Shown: positions 31,321 through 32,000 of the stretch, piece by piece
Layout of the letters: every line of letters begins with the position of its first letter
Numbering within the stretch: the stretch's first letter is position 1
Source of the DNA: Candidatus Poseidoniaceae archaeon
Lineage (GTDB): Archaea > Thermoplasmatota > Poseidoniia > Poseidoniales > Poseidoniaceae
Reading direction: 5' to 3'
Assembly (NCBI GenBank): GCA_943789275.1
Contig: CALSTM010000003.1
Span: 660,001 to 692,000 of the forward strand
Length of the DNA: 32,000 bases
Program-made: the position numbers and the translations under genes
The notes under the pieces: generated by a model
Seen by the model: the letters and a program-made list of their open reading frames with translations, nothing else
The model's database searches: none
What the model was told of the DNA's origin: nothing

Positions 31321-31674
31321 TCAGTATTCTCGCCAGCCGTGACCGCAACTCTTACACGTCAACATTCGAGTTTCGGGTTCATCTGACGAACGTGTTTGCT
31401 CAAGGTAAGAGAATACTTCAATGTCATCGCATTTTGGACACATGTAGGTTCCAGTCGTGAGGACACCGTGGCGTTTGTCAGAATCCTTGATGACTTCATA
31501 GACTCGTTCTCTTGATTTTGTTTCTGATCGAGCCTTCGAAAGGTCAACATCCTTTCCATCCGTACCTTTTATCACGACATTTGCAGGTCCATTATACCCG
31601 CATTTGTAGTTCGTGCACGAGATGTCACCGCTTGGGTTAGGGAAGGATAAGGTTCCACATTGGGGGCAAAACAT
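31321..31674 (-). CDS. tfs: Transcription factor S (TFS; TFIIS/Rpb9-like)
   Basis: The track start 31692 is TTG; ATG is at 31674 (MFCPQCGTL...). It has an N-terminal Zn ribbon (CPQC...CTNYKC). The C-terminal TFIIS-type ribbon is CPKCD...QTRSSDEPETRMLTCKSCGHGW, including the acidic SDEP hairpin. Confidence 0.85.
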   Translation of the reverse strand: MFCPQCGTLSFPNPSGDISCTNYKCGYNGPANVVIKGTDGKDVDLSKARSETKSRERVYEVIKDSDKRHGVLTTGTYMCPKCDDIEVFSYLEQTRSSDEPETRMLTCKSCGHGWREY

Positions 31675-31797
31675 AGCAAGAGGGTATGCCAAGGAATACT
31701 TAGGTTTGTCGGAACTTCAATCTCCACCTCACCATGTTGTTCAGCCCAAAGTCTGGGTCACAGCGAACAAAACATTTGCAGAGGGAAGGGTGAATAG

Positions 31798-32000
31798 ATG
31801 GTGCCCAATCGGAGAATCATGTGGCTTTGGTATGACTGGCGTGCAGCAGCGATTGCGGATGACCACGGCTCCATTTTGGACGATGAGCAATGGGATGGTT
31901 TTCACGACCAGAGAACCATCGTTGATCGACTTGAATGCATAGCAGCTGGTGGCCTTACGCCTGAAGCAATGCTTCTCCTCGAACGGTTCCCTGAAGCGAA
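31798..32000 (+). CDS. 5' part of a CDS running off the right edge; possibly a Nop5/Nop56-type N-terminal domain
   Basis: This is not in the ORF track. It is a stop-free frame from ATG 31798, which is preceded by the in-frame TAG at 31795-31797 and an AGGGTGA Shine-Dalgarno-like motif. The translation is MVPNRRIMWLWYDWRAAAIADDHGSILDDEQWDGFHDQRTIVDRLECIAAGGLTPEAMLLLERFPEA. The pattern of a hydrophobic strand, D..G, then a helix with G..T.EA..LL is reminiscent of Nop5 N-termini, but this is a weak, by-eye call. Confidence 0.4.
   Translation, partial: MVPNRRIMWLWYDWRAAAIADDHGSILDDEQWDGFHDQRTIVDRLECIAAGGLTPEAMLLLERFPEA

Noticed and set aside
31613-31942. 109-aa + strand ORF from the track
   Set aside because: Its first third is antisense to the TFS gene. 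The different-frame open ORF from ATG 31798 has a Shine-Dalgarno-like motif and a more protein-like translation, and it continues to the window edge. I prefer that frame.

Overview
This is a compact archaeal chromosomal segment; about 95% of it is genic by my calls. I found no CRISPR array, transposase, integrase or recognisable defence gene. Archaeal identity rests on Alba, PCNA, TFS, Bud32, deoxyhypusine synthase and TATA-type promoter elements. The many large, acidic, tail-anchored surface proteins and peptidases suggest a planktonic marine euryarchaeote of the MGII/Poseidoniales type, but that is inference only. I call 28 CDS (2 truncated at the window edges) and 2 tRNA-Gly genes. The housekeeping blocks are: HAM1, crcB, ferritin-like, bud32 and nadA (1-3076); Mrp plus DUF971, an arsC-like gene and alba (5242-7784); a speB, speH-like, dhs polyamine/hypusine operon (11189-13601); M14 and M17 peptidases (14287-17227); and an ABC exporter, a GT2 operon, PCNA and TFS (25974-31674). 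I do not see a clean multi-gene system that I can assert is novel. Four loci are the best candidates for a second look. (i) A 1874-aa subtilase with a signal peptide and C-terminal TM, whose stalk is 15 tandem cysteine-paired TSP3-like Ca-binding modules. (ii) A GH1 beta-glycosidase fused in frame to a short-form sugar-1-phosphate nucleotidyltransferase. It overlaps tail-to-tail with a short GalK-family anomeric kinase, which suggests a possible glycoside-to-NDP-sugar salvage module. (iii) An Mrp/NBP35 ATPase with no cysteine at all, whose CxxC segment is replaced by a ~39-aa insert, followed by a Cys-rich DUF971 protein. (iv) A PAP2-type membrane enzyme fused to a ~330-aa extracytoplasmic beta-rich domain. 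All functional calls rest on motif recognition by eye; no database search was run. The ORF track uses alternative start codons (TTG/GTG), so I moved several starts to the first plausible ATG.
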